A DNA stretch of 64,000 nucleotides from Hungatella sp. (GTDB taxonomy: Bacteria > Bacillota > Clostridia > Lachnospirales > Lachnospiraceae): the NCBI GenBank assembly GCA_022792815.1, contig JAAWBS010000048.1:4022-68021 (forward strand), given 5' to 3'. Numbering within the stretch: position 1 is the first letter of the stretch; each line of letters begins with the position of its first letter. The notes beneath the pieces were generated by a model. That model made no database searches. It had not been told where the DNA came from and saw only the letters and a program-made list of their open reading frames with translations. Position numbers and translations under genes: made by a program. Below, one piece after another: positions 37,781-46,958 of the stretch.

Positions 37781-39124
37781 ATGAAGAAAACAAGCAGTCC
37801 CAAAATCTCCCAATGCATGATCGTGAAGAATGAGGAGAAAACCATCGAACGTGCCCTTTCCTGGGGAAAAGGCATCGTGTCAGAGCAGATCGTGGTGGAC
37901 ACCGGTTCTACGGATCGGACGGTGGAGCTGGCCGAGGCTATGGGGGCCGCGGTGTATCATTTTCAGTGGATTGATGATTTTGCGGCGGCTAAGAATTTTG
38001 CTATCGAGAGAGCAAAGTATGAGTGGATCGCGTTTTTGGACGCGGACGAATATTTTACGGAGGAGGGGGCTAGGCTGCTGCTCCATGCCGTCAGACAGCT
38101 TCATCCTCTGGGGACGGAGAGCATCCTGACAGCCTGGGTCAACCTGGACAATGACGGGAACGTGGTGACGGTGGGGACTCAGCGGCGGATCTTCCGCAAT
38201 CTGCCTACTTTGCGGTATCAGGGAAGAATCCATGAGGCGATCAATACCCTGGACGGACACAAGGTTCCCACGGTGGATATGGTTCGGGAGCTGTCCATCT
38301 TCCACACCGGGTATGGGGCAGCGGAGAACGCGAAAAAGAGCGGGAGAAATTTAAAGCTGATCCAGATGGAGCTTGCGGATCACCCGGACAACTATGAGAT
38401 GTGGGGATACATGGGACAGGAGCATGTGTCCCGGGGAAACTGGGCAGAGGCGGAGGAGGCCTTCCGCAAGGCAGTGTCCCTGATCCCGGAGAGTATGAGA
38501 GGGATCTATGATACCACCTCCTCTGTCACCCACCTCCGCCTCCTGGAGGTTCTGACCAGTCATCCCCACACAGATGAGGACTCCCTGATGGAGGCATACC
38601 GGCAGGCTGTGGAGGGATGGCCGGAGGAATCGGATTTTGATTATATCGTGGGAACGTTCTTCGCGGGACGGGGGCAGTGGGAAAAGGGGGAATTCCATCT
38701 GAGAAGAGCCCTCGAGGTGCTGGAGAGATACGGCAACACAGGTAAAGCCATGGTGCTGTCGGGCAGTATCCAGAAGACGTATGAGCTGCTGGCAGTATGC
38801 TGCTATAATCAGGGAAATCTGGAGGAGTGCCTCCGGTTTACCACCGCTCTGCTGAAGGAAAATCCCTATCTCATGAGCACGGCCATGGTGATGCTTCGGG
38901 CTTTTGGAAAAGACCCGGCCACGACTTCCAAGGGGGAGGCCGGGGCGGAGGAGATCGCGGCATTTTTGGGGAACACCTTCTACGATTTTACAGGTTTAAA
39001 GGACCGGCTTTTTGTCCTCAGGGCTGCCATGGCAGCGGAATACAGGGAGTTGGTGAGCGTGATGAGAAAAAGCTTTTCCCAGGCAGAGCTGGCGGCAGTG
39101 GATCAGGCTCTGGGGCAAAACTGA
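37781..39124 (+). CDS. Family 2 glycosyltransferase with TPR-like repeats
   Basis: Same GT2 motifs; paralog of neighbours. Confidence 0.9.
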   Translation: MKKTSSPKISQCMIVKNEEKTIERALSWGKGIVSEQIVVDTGSTDRTVELAEAMGAAVYHFQWIDDFAAAKNFAIERAKYEWIAFLDADEYFTEEGARLLLHAVRQLHPLGTESILTAWVNLDNDGNVVTVGTQRRIFRNLPTLRYQGRIHEAINTLDGHKVPTVDMVRELSIFHTGYGAAENAKKSGRNLKLIQMELADHPDNYEMWGYMGQEHVSRGNWAEAEEAFRKAVSLIPESMRGIYDTTSSVTHLRLLEVLTSHPHTDEDSLMEAYRQAVEGWPEESDFDYIVGTFFAGRGQWEKGEFHLRRALEVLERYGNTGKAMVLSGSIQKTYELLAVCCYNQGNLEECLRFTTALLKENPYLMSTAMVMLRAFGKDPATTSKGEAGAEEIAAFLGNTFYDFTGLKDRLFVLRAAMAAEYRELVSVMRKSFSQAELAAVDQALGQN

Positions 39125-39142
39125 CTATGAATATCGGAGGGA

Positions 39143-41728
39143 ATGGATAAGATGAAGATCTCCCAGTGTATGATCGTAAAGAATGAGGAGAAGAACATAG
39201 AGAAGGCGCTTTCCTGGGGAAAGGGCATCGTGTCGGAACAGATCGTGGTGGATACCGGTTCCACGGACCGGACGGTGGAGCTGGCAGAGAAGCTGGGAGC
39301 TACTGTGTATCATTTTCCCTGGATCGATGATTTTGCTGCGGCCAAGAATTTCGCCATCGACAAGGCGGCGGGGGAGTGGATCGCCTTTCTTGACGCAGAT
39401 GAGTATTTCACACAGGAGGATGCAGCCAAGCTTTTGGACTGTATCGAGAGTATCCAGGGCTCGGAGTATGAGGGGATTCTCACAGGCTGGGTTCACTTGG
39501 ATCAGGAGGGAAAGGTGATGGCGGTTCAGTCTCAGATCCGGGTGTTCCGCAATCTGCCCGAGCTGCGGTACCACAGAAGGATCCACGAGTATCTGAGGGT
39601 GTCGGGTACAAGGTCGGTTCGGATGGCGGATATGGCGGATCAATTGTCTGTCTATCACACAGGATATTCGAGGGAGGCCAGCCAGAAGAAGGTGGGGAGC
39701 CAGAGGAATTTCCTCCTGCTTAAGAGAGAGCTGGAGGATAATCCCAGAGACTATGAGCTTCATGGTCTTTTAGGCAATGAATATGTGGCTATGGACCAGT
39801 TGGAGGAGGCGGAGCAGTATTATAGAAAGTCTATCGAGCTGATGCCGGACCAGGCAAAAGGTGTCTACGATATTACGACTTCGGGAATCTGGTATCGGCT
39901 TCTGGAGATTCAGATCGTTCGCCGGGAGGCTGATGAGAGGGAGCTTCTGGAGGTATATCATCAGGCGACAAAAGGATGGCCGGAAGAAGGGGACTATGAT
40001 TACCTTATGGGAAAATATTATGTGTCCTGTAAGAATTATGGGGAAGCGGAGATATACCTGCGAAAGGGGCTGAACCTTCTGGAGCAGTATGGAAATACGG
40101 CCAAATCGTCTTTTTTGTCCGGCGATATTATGAAGGCCTACGAGCTCTTGGCCATCTGCTGCTTTAACAATAACCATCTGCAGGATTGTGTCCAGCTTAC
40201 CTCTGCCATGCTGAAGGAAAATCCCTATCTGATGAGTACCCTGACCGTGCTTCTCACTGCGCTGTTAAGAGATCCGGGAACCGGAGGAAGGGGACGGGAG
40301 GGGGCCATGGAGGCGGCGGTGTTTTTGGGGAATCATTTCTATGACTACCAGTCTATGAAAGACCGGCTTTTTGTCCTCCGCGGAGCTTTGGGGGCCGGAT
40401 ACCAGGACTTAGTGGACATCATAAAGGGAACTTTTACCCCTCAGGAGCTGGCGGTGGTGGAGCAGGCCCTTGAGAGAGAACAGAAGACGAGCCAGATTCT
40501 GAAGGAAGGAACGGATGACAGTCAGAACCAGGAGCAGCAGGGGAAGCCTCTGCGAATCGTCCTGTTTGATTCCTATGTGGAGTCCTTCAATTTTTTCACA
40601 GATCAGTTGGAGGCGGAGCTGAAGGCAAGAGGTCATGAGACGTTTACTCTGGATCTGCGAGATGAGGGAAGAGAAGATTCGGAGACCTGCCTGAAGCAGT
40701 TTGCGGAGAGAAAGATCGATGCGGTTATCGGCTTTGATGCGCTGGGAGTAAGGTCAGACCATCTGAATGATCTTTGGAACAGACACGGGGCGGCAGCTGT
40801 GGATATTTTTATGGACCCTCCGCTGCGCTTTCATCCTGCTCTGGAGAACCCGCCTGAAAACTATTGTCTCTTCTGCTGCGACAGGGAACATGTAGATTAT
40901 GTGAAGCAGTATTTCGGACACAAGGTGCCAAAGGCAGATTTCATGCCTCATGTAGGTGTCCTGCCGGAAGCCGGAAGCCGGGTGATTCCCTACAGAGAAC
41001 GAAGCTATGATATTCTCTTCTGCGGCACCTACTATCGTCCGGAGGATAAGATGGCAGAGCTGAAAGGGATCTGCCCGGAGGACAGCGACGCCTACCATCT
41101 CTATCAGAAGACTTTTGAGAATCTGAAAAAGAACAGCAACCTGTCTATCTGGAAAGGGATGCTGTTTACCATAGAAGAATTGGGATGGTATGTGCCGGAG
41201 CCTGTGTTAAAGCAGATGTTCAGTGCCTCAGACTGTGTGGACTGGGCGATCCGCATGTATCAGAGAGAGCGGGTGGTGACAGCGCTTGCCGAGGCAGGCC
41301 TTACGATTCACCTGCTGGGACGGGGATGGGAGAAGCACCCTTGTGCCGGTCTGCCCAATATTCACCGCATCGATGACCGGATTCCCTATGGAGATACCTT
41401 GGCCTACATGGCGGATGCCAGGATCAACCTCAATGTGATGCCGGGGTTCAAGGGGGGAACCCACGATCGGATCTTTAACACCCTCCTGCAGCGCTCGGTG
41501 CCGCTGACCGATTCCAGTTCCTGGATCAGGGACAATTTTACCGACGGGGTGGATATCACTCTGTATGACCTGGATCGTCTGGAACTGCTCCCCGAGATTG
41601 CCCGAAGGCTTTTGGCGGATGAAAGTCTGGCGGATGGGATCATAGAAAAAGGATATCAGAAAGTTGCAGGTGCCTTTACATGGAGCCATTGTGCGGACCG
41701 GATCCTGGAGATGGTGAGAGGGAGGTAA
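39143..41728 (+). CDS. Bifunctional glycosyltransferase: GT2-TPR fused to a GT-B (CgeB/Glyco_trans_1_2-like) domain
   Basis: N-terminal GT2; C-terminal ARINLNVMPGFKGGTHDRIFN...FTWSH. Confidence 0.85.
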   Translation: MDKMKISQCMIVKNEEKNIEKALSWGKGIVSEQIVVDTGSTDRTVELAEKLGATVYHFPWIDDFAAAKNFAIDKAAGEWIAFLDADEYFTQEDAAKLLDCIESIQGSEYEGILTGWVHLDQEGKVMAVQSQIRVFRNLPELRYHRRIHEYLRVSGTRSVRMADMADQLSVYHTGYSREASQKKVGSQRNFLLLKRELEDNPRDYELHGLLGNEYVAMDQLEEAEQYYRKSIELMPDQAKGVYDITTSGIWYRLLEIQIVRREADERELLEVYHQATKGWPEEGDYDYLMGKYYVSCKNYGEAEIYLRKGLNLLEQYGNTAKSSFLSGDIMKAYELLAICCFNNNHLQDCVQLTSAMLKENPYLMSTLTVLLTALLRDPGTGGRGREGAMEAAVFLGNHFYDYQSMKDRLFVLRGALGAGYQDLVDIIKGTFTPQELAVVEQALEREQKTSQILKEGTDDSQNQEQQGKPLRIVLFDSYVESFNFFTDQLEAELKARGHETFTLDLRDEGREDSETCLKQFAERKIDAVIGFDALGVRSDHLNDLWNRHGAAAVDIFMDPPLRFHPALENPPENYCLFCCDREHVDYVKQYFGHKVPKADFMPHVGVLPEAGSRVIPYRERSYDILFCGTYYRPEDKMAELKGICPEDSDAYHLYQKTFENLKKNSNLSIWKGMLFTIEELGWYVPEPVLKQMFSASDCVDWAIRMYQRERVVTALAEAGLTIHLLGRGWEKHPCAGLPNIHRIDDRIPYGDTLAYMADARINLNVMPGFKGGTHDRIFNTLLQRSVPLTDSSSWIRDNFTDGVDITLYDLDRLELLPEIARRLLADESLADGIIEKGYQKVAGAFTWSHCADRILEMVRGR

Positions 41729-41735
41729 GAAAAGG

Positions 41736-42650
41736 ATGGACAGCAGATTGGGAAAGGAGTTTTTCAAAAAGGAGATACGGTCGGATTTTCTGATAGATGA
41801 GAAACGGAAAAAGGTCTGGGCAGTCGTTCTCGAGATGCTGGAGAAGTTTGACCAGGTGTGTAAGGCCTATCATCTGACTTACTGGGTGTTCTACGGGACA
41901 CTCCTGGGAGCTGTGCGTCACAAAGGGTTTATCCCGTGGGATGACGACATCGATGTGGTCCTGTTTCGAGATGACTATGAGACTTTCCAGTCCATTGCGC
42001 CGTGGGAATTTGAGGAGCCTTATTTTTTCCAGAATTCCTACACTGACCATTTGATATGGCCGTTTTCCAAGATTCGGGACAGCCGTACTACAGGAATCGA
42101 GTTTGTTAATATGACAAACTGCCACCAGGGAATCTTTATCGATATTTTCCCGCTGGACAGTGTAATGGACGGCGTCAATCAGCAGTTTTCTGGTGTCTGG
42201 GACATGCAGAGACTGCTGTGGGATATGGTGACTCAACCGGGAAAAGCATTGGAATTCATCAAGGGGGATCTGGTGGCAGGCCGGATGGCCCCGGCGGATG
42301 TGCAGAATCTTCTGGAGATTTTAAAGAAGGATGTGAGAGAAAGGTTTAAGATCTTTGAGAAGTTCAGTCAGGACCATTTTGGGGAGACCCAGGAGGTCAA
42401 CTATATTATGGAAGAGCTCCGCCCCAGCCATTACAGGAGCATGAAGAGAGAATGGTTCCGGGACACGGTGTACCTTCCGTTTGAACACCTGATGGTTCCG
42501 GTGCCAGTGGATTATGATCAGATTCTGACCCAGTGTTACGGGAATTATCATGAATTGGTCCAGGGCGGAAGTTCCCATGGAAATATTATCCTGGATCCGG
42601 ATATGCCTTACGACGAATATTTTTCCAAGTACCTTCTCGGAGACAAGTGA
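41736..42650 (+). CDS. licD: LicD family phosphotransferase
   Basis: GTLLGAVRHKGFIPWDDDIDV, GIFIDIFPLD. Confidence 0.92.
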   Translation: MDSRLGKEFFKKEIRSDFLIDEKRKKVWAVVLEMLEKFDQVCKAYHLTYWVFYGTLLGAVRHKGFIPWDDDIDVVLFRDDYETFQSIAPWEFEEPYFFQNSYTDHLIWPFSKIRDSRTTGIEFVNMTNCHQGIFIDIFPLDSVMDGVNQQFSGVWDMQRLLWDMVTQPGKALEFIKGDLVAGRMAPADVQNLLEILKKDVRERFKIFEKFSQDHFGETQEVNYIMEELRPSHYRSMKREWFRDTVYLPFEHLMVPVPVDYDQILTQCYGNYHELVQGGSSHGNIILDPDMPYDEYFSKYLLGDK

Positions 42651-42708
42651 GAGACCGGCGGACAGTAACGTGAAAAGGCGAGAGCTGTCGGCGCTGTGAA
42701 ATTTTATC

Positions 42709-42737
42709 TTGTATTTTGAGAAACCATATGATATCAT
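42709..42737 (+). promoter_or_regulatory. Sigma-A-type promoter of the type III TA relic
   Basis: TTGTAT-N17-TATCAT with TG extension. Confidence 0.6.
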
Positions 42738-42743
42738 AAAATC

Positions 42744-42780
42744 AGATAGGGGTTACGGAGCCGTCAAAAATCGTATTAAT
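42744..42780 (+). ncRNA. Candidate single type III antitoxin RNA unit
   Basis: Between promoter and terminator; GAUAGG/CCGUC and UACGG/UCGUA could form an H-type pseudoknot with an A-rich loop. Confidence 0.4.
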
Positions 42781-42782
42781 GG

Positions 42783-42816
42783 TAAGGGGATGGGAGAGAA
42801 TCCTGTTCCCTTATTT
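42783..42816 (+). terminator. Intrinsic terminator upstream of the toxin gene
   Basis: taaggggatggga-gagaa-tcctgttccctta-ttt. Confidence 0.7.
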
Positions 42817-42873
42817 CCATTTGCAGTATTGAATTACCAGCACATATCATACAATTTACAAGCGGAGAAAAGG

Positions 42874-43394
42874 ATGTATTGGGTAGATATTGAAGAAGAC
42901 TATTTAAGCTATTTAAGAGATTTTGAAAAGAGGATTCCGTTTTCGGATTACGGGGCCGACAGATACAAGCCGTTTTTCGGAGTTTTTTTACAAGAGACAG
43001 GCTCTGTTATGTGACACAGATTTCACATGCCAAGGCCAGACATGATAAGATGAAGCAACAGAGAGATTTCTATAAGATATATGATTCTGCAGATCGATCC
43101 AGGCTGATAGCCGTAGTAAATCTTAATTGCATGTTTCCTGTCCCCCAAGAAGAGATAAAGCCCTTATTGTTTAAGAATAGCGATCATCACAGGGCCTTTC
43201 AGATCCTAAAAGAGAAAAGCAAATATGTAGATCTGCTCAAAAAAAGAACTGGAGCAGATCAATAAGCTGAACCTGAAAGAGGCGGCAGAGCGGTTATATG
43301 CTGACAAATACAGACTCCGGAGACTGCTTTGTCGAGTCGGTGTCTCGATTATAAGACGTTGGAGTGCCATGCTATAAACTGGAAAAGGATGTAG
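42874..43394 (+). pseudogene. Type III TA toxin (ToxN/AbiQ superfamily) pseudogene with three frameshifts
   Basis: Reassembled: MYWVDIEEDYLSYLRDFEKRIP...KPFFGV / YVTQISH...DFYKI...AVVNLNCMFPVP...LLKK / ELEQIN...AERLY / SRCLDYKTLE. Confidence 0.85.
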
Positions 43395-43500
43395 ATACGA
43401 AAAAATCCTATGGAATGTTAAGTTATAAGATGCTATACTAATAGGGCACACGATCTGTGCATGAAACCGGAAATCCAAAAAGAGACAGAAAGATAGAGGA

Positions 43501-44316
43501 ATGCGGATGAAAAATGATTTATTTTCCATAGGAACTTTTACCATTCACGGGTACGGACTGATGATCGGCATCGGTTTTCTGGCAGCGTATCTGCTGTCGG
43601 ACTACCGGGCGAAACGGCAGGGACTGGACCCGGACCATGTCTTTGGGCTGGCAGTGTGGGCCATCGTCATCGGGCTGGTCAGTGCAAAGGTGCTGTATTA
43701 TATCACCACCATAGACGAGATTATAAAGAATCCCAGGCTTCTTCTGGATATTCCCAACGGCTTTGTGGTGTATGGAGGAATCATCGGAGGAATCATCGGA
43801 GGGTATGTGTACTGCAGGAGGCACAAACTGGAATTTCTAAAATATGTGGACTTGGTTCTTCCTGCTGTGGCTCTGGCCCAGGGTTTCGGGCGGCTGGGGT
43901 GTTTTCTGGCGGGCTGCTGCTATGGCAGGGAGACTGCAGGGGCGTTTGCCGTGGTGTTTCAGGAGTCGGCTTATGCTCCCAACGGCGTGCCTCTTCTGCC
44001 CACGCAGCTGATGTCCAGCGCGCTGAATTTTCTCCACTTTTTCTTTCTCATGTGGCTGTCAGGACGAAGCCGGCGTGACGGAGAGGTGGGAGGGATGTAT
44101 CTCCTCCTCTACAGCACGGGAAGATTTATCATGGAATTTTTCAGGGGAGACTTGATTCGAGGGACTGTGGGGTCACTGACCACCTCCCAATTTATTTCCC
44201 TGTTTACGGCCGTTTTCGGGGTGGTGCTGATCATCGCGGCCAGGAGGGCGGCCAGAGGGACCGGACAGTCAAACATTCAGGAGAATACGGATGAGCAGGA
44301 GGGAAAGACATGGTAA
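43501..44316 (+). CDS. lgt: Prolipoprotein diacylglyceryl transferase
   Basis: YGLMIGIG, YGGIIGG, QGFGRLGCFLAGCCYG, RFIMEFFRGD. Confidence 0.93.
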   Translation: MRMKNDLFSIGTFTIHGYGLMIGIGFLAAYLLSDYRAKRQGLDPDHVFGLAVWAIVIGLVSAKVLYYITTIDEIIKNPRLLLDIPNGFVVYGGIIGGIIGGYVYCRRHKLEFLKYVDLVLPAVALAQGFGRLGCFLAGCCYGRETAGAFAVVFQESAYAPNGVPLLPTQLMSSALNFLHFFFLMWLSGRSRRDGEVGGMYLLLYSTGRFIMEFFRGDLIRGTVGSLTTSQFISLFTAVFGVVLIIAARRAARGTGQSNIQENTDEQEGKTW

Positions 44317-46883
44317 AGAAGACAAGAAAATTTCTATTTGCGAGCATTGTATGTCTCATCACTCTGTGTATCATGATCTTTTTGTGGATGGAAACCTTTA
44401 TATCGGAGAAGAGTGAGGAGGCCATCGGAGACATCGGCAGAATGTATATGTCCGAGGTCAGCACGCAGCTTCAGCAGAAATTTGATGCTATCGTCGGTCT
44501 GCTTCTGTCTCAGGTGGAAGGGATCGTGAAGCGGACGCCTCCCCAGGCCGTGTCTTATGGGGAGGATATGATGAATGAGCTGGCTTTAAGCGGCAGCATC
44601 CGCGGGTTCACATATCTGGCTCTGTACGGAGAAAAGGGGGAGCGGGAGACCATCTACGGAGGGGACGTGACCTTTTTCAATGACCGGGAGTTTGAGGAAG
44701 TCCTGATGGACAGTAACCAATGGGCTACCAGCGGATTTGACGAACAGGGCAATAAACTGCTTTTGATGGTGCTTGACGCAGCCTACCCCATGAAAGACGG
44801 AAAGACCAGCCGGGTTATGGTGGCAGGTCTTCCTATGGAATATTTAAATGATGCCCTCGTGCTGGACGGGGAGGATTCCCTGGTCTATTCCCACATTATC
44901 CGCAAGGACGGCACCTTTGTCATCCGCAGCGGCCAAGAATTTCAGGGTGATTATTTCACCCGGATCGAGGAACTGTTTTCCCAGTATAACGGCAAGACTC
45001 CCCAGGAGTATGTGACGGAGCTGAGGGGGGCCATGGAGTCTCAGGACAGTTATTCCAACATCGTGGTGGCTGATGGGATCCATCAGCACATCTACTGTTC
45101 CCATCTTCCCGGCTCCCAGTGGTATCTGGTGGCGGTTATGCCGTATGGGGTTCTGGATGATAACATCAGCCATCTGGGATTTTTGCGCCAGTATACCATG
45201 CTGGGCGCCTGCGGCGTGATTCTGGCTGCTATGCTGGTGATCTTTGTCCTGTATTACCGGATGTCCCAGAGTCAGCTGAAGGCTCTGAATATGGCAGAGC
45301 GGGAGGCGGTTCACGCAAACAAAGCTAAAAGTGAATTTCTCTCCAGCATGAGTCATGACATCCGCACTCCCATGAACGGAATCATGGGGATGACAACCAT
45401 CGCCATGGCCAATCTGGATGACCGGGCCAGGGTGAAGGACTGTCTGGGTAAGATCGCCCTGTCCAGTAAGCACCTGCTTGGTCTGATCAACGATGTGCTG
45501 GATATGTCCAAGATCGAGAGCGGAAAGCTGTCCATCAACCGTTATCAGGTATCTCTTCGGGATACTATGGACAATATCGTCAATATCGTTCAGCCCCAGG
45601 TTAAGGCCAGAGGCCAGCACTTTGACATCTTTATCAATCAGGTGAATCAGGAGGAGGTATACTGCGACGGCGTCAGGCTGAATCAGATCCTGATCAATCT
45701 CCTGTCCAATGCCATCAAGTTTACGCCTGAGGGAGGTGTGATCAATGTCCGGTTAAGGCAGGAGCCGTCGCCGGAAGGGGAACCGTATGTGAGGTGCCAT
45801 TTCTTTGTGAAGGATAACGGCATCGGGATGAGTGAAGAGTTCCAGCAGACGATTTTCGATACATTTACCAGGGAAAAGAGCACCCAGGTGGACAAAACCG
45901 AGGGCAGCGGACTGGGGATGGCCATCACCAAGCATATCGTGGATGCCATGCAGGGCTCCATCGAACTGAAAAGCGCTTTGGGGGAGGGCAGTGAGTTCCA
46001 TATTATCCTGGATTTGGAGAGGGCCGAGATCCGGGAGGAAGACATGATCCTTCCGCCCTGGAATGTGCTTGTGGTGGACAACAATGAGGACCTGTGCCTC
46101 AGCGCGGTCCATGCCTTAAAGGAGATCGGCATCACCGCGGAGTGGTGCATGAATGGGGAGACTGCGGTGGAGATGGTGGAGCGGCGTTATCGGGAACACA
46201 ATAGTTTCCATATCGTCCTTCTGGACTGGAAGATGCCGGGGATGGACGGATTGGCGACCACCCGGGAGATCAGAAGGAGAGTGGGGGATCAGGTCCCTAT
46301 CTTTATCATCTCCGCCTACGACTGGAGCGACATCGAGGAGGAGGCGAGAGAGACCGGGATATCCGGGTTCATCTCCAAGCCGCTGTTTAAATCCAATCTG
46401 TATCTGAGCCTGAACAGCTGTATGACAGAACAGGTGAAGGAACCCGAGGCTGTCCTGGAGCCGGCCCTGGAATTTGTGGGCAAGAGGATTCTGGTGGCAG
46501 AGGACAATGAACTGAACTGGGAGATCGCGGAGGAACTTCTGGCGGAGACCGGTCTCGCCCTTGAGCGGGCAGAGAACGGCAAAGTCTGTGTGGAAATGTT
46601 CCGGGCCTCCCCTGTCAGATACTATGATGCCATCTTGATGGACATCCGGATGCCGATTATGACAGGGTATGATGCAGCCACCTCCATCCGCGCTCTCGAA
46701 AGAGAGGATGCCGACCTTCCGATTATTGCCATGACAGCGGATGCGTTTTCCGACGACATTCAGCACTGTAAGGACTGCGGCATGAACGAACATATCTCCA
46801 AACCCATCGATGTGGATCGGGTGCTGGAGATCCTTGGGAAATACATTCTGTCGCGGACGGAGGCAGACGGCACAGAATATTGA
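44310..46883 (+). CDS. Hybrid sensor histidine kinase with two receiver domains
   Basis: Two TMs; SHDIRTPMN H-box; NLLSNAIKFT; DNGIG; two REC domains (LLDWKMP, LMDIRMP). Confidence 0.95.
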   Translation: MVKKTRKFLFASIVCLITLCIMIFLWMETFISEKSEEAIGDIGRMYMSEVSTQLQQKFDAIVGLLLSQVEGIVKRTPPQAVSYGEDMMNELALSGSIRGFTYLALYGEKGERETIYGGDVTFFNDREFEEVLMDSNQWATSGFDEQGNKLLLMVLDAAYPMKDGKTSRVMVAGLPMEYLNDALVLDGEDSLVYSHIIRKDGTFVIRSGQEFQGDYFTRIEELFSQYNGKTPQEYVTELRGAMESQDSYSNIVVADGIHQHIYCSHLPGSQWYLVAVMPYGVLDDNISHLGFLRQYTMLGACGVILAAMLVIFVLYYRMSQSQLKALNMAEREAVHANKAKSEFLSSMSHDIRTPMNGIMGMTTIAMANLDDRARVKDCLGKIALSSKHLLGLINDVLDMSKIESGKLSINRYQVSLRDTMDNIVNIVQPQVKARGQHFDIFINQVNQEEVYCDGVRLNQILINLLSNAIKFTPEGGVINVRLRQEPSPEGEPYVRCHFFVKDNGIGMSEEFQQTIFDTFTREKSTQVDKTEGSGLGMAITKHIVDAMQGSIELKSALGEGSEFHIILDLERAEIREEDMILPPWNVLVVDNNEDLCLSAVHALKEIGITAEWCMNGETAVEMVERRYREHNSFHIVLLDWKMPGMDGLATTREIRRRVGDQVPIFIISAYDWSDIEEEARETGISGFISKPLFKSNLYLSLNSCMTEQVKEPEAVLEPALEFVGKRILVAEDNELNWEIAEELLAETGLALERAENGKVCVEMFRASPVRYYDAILMDIRMPIMTGYDAATSIRALEREDADLPIIAMTADAFSDDIQHCKDCGMNEHISKPIDVDRVLEILGKYILSRTEADGTEY

Positions 46884-46958
46884 CAGGACAGGGTCTCATT
46901 GTTTAAAATAGCCAGTGAACGATAGCAGGCAAAGGGGAGTTAGATCGGTGGAGGGAGT

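Noticed and set aside
42983-43245. Phase variation of the toxin through homopolymer tracts
   Set aside because: Tracts are only 7 nt and a third frameshift is not in a homopolymer, so decay is more likely
42709-43265. ORFs 42709-43014 and 43011-43265 as two genes
   Set aside because: They are fragments of one frameshifted toxin; the first ORF's 5' part is promoter and terminator sequence
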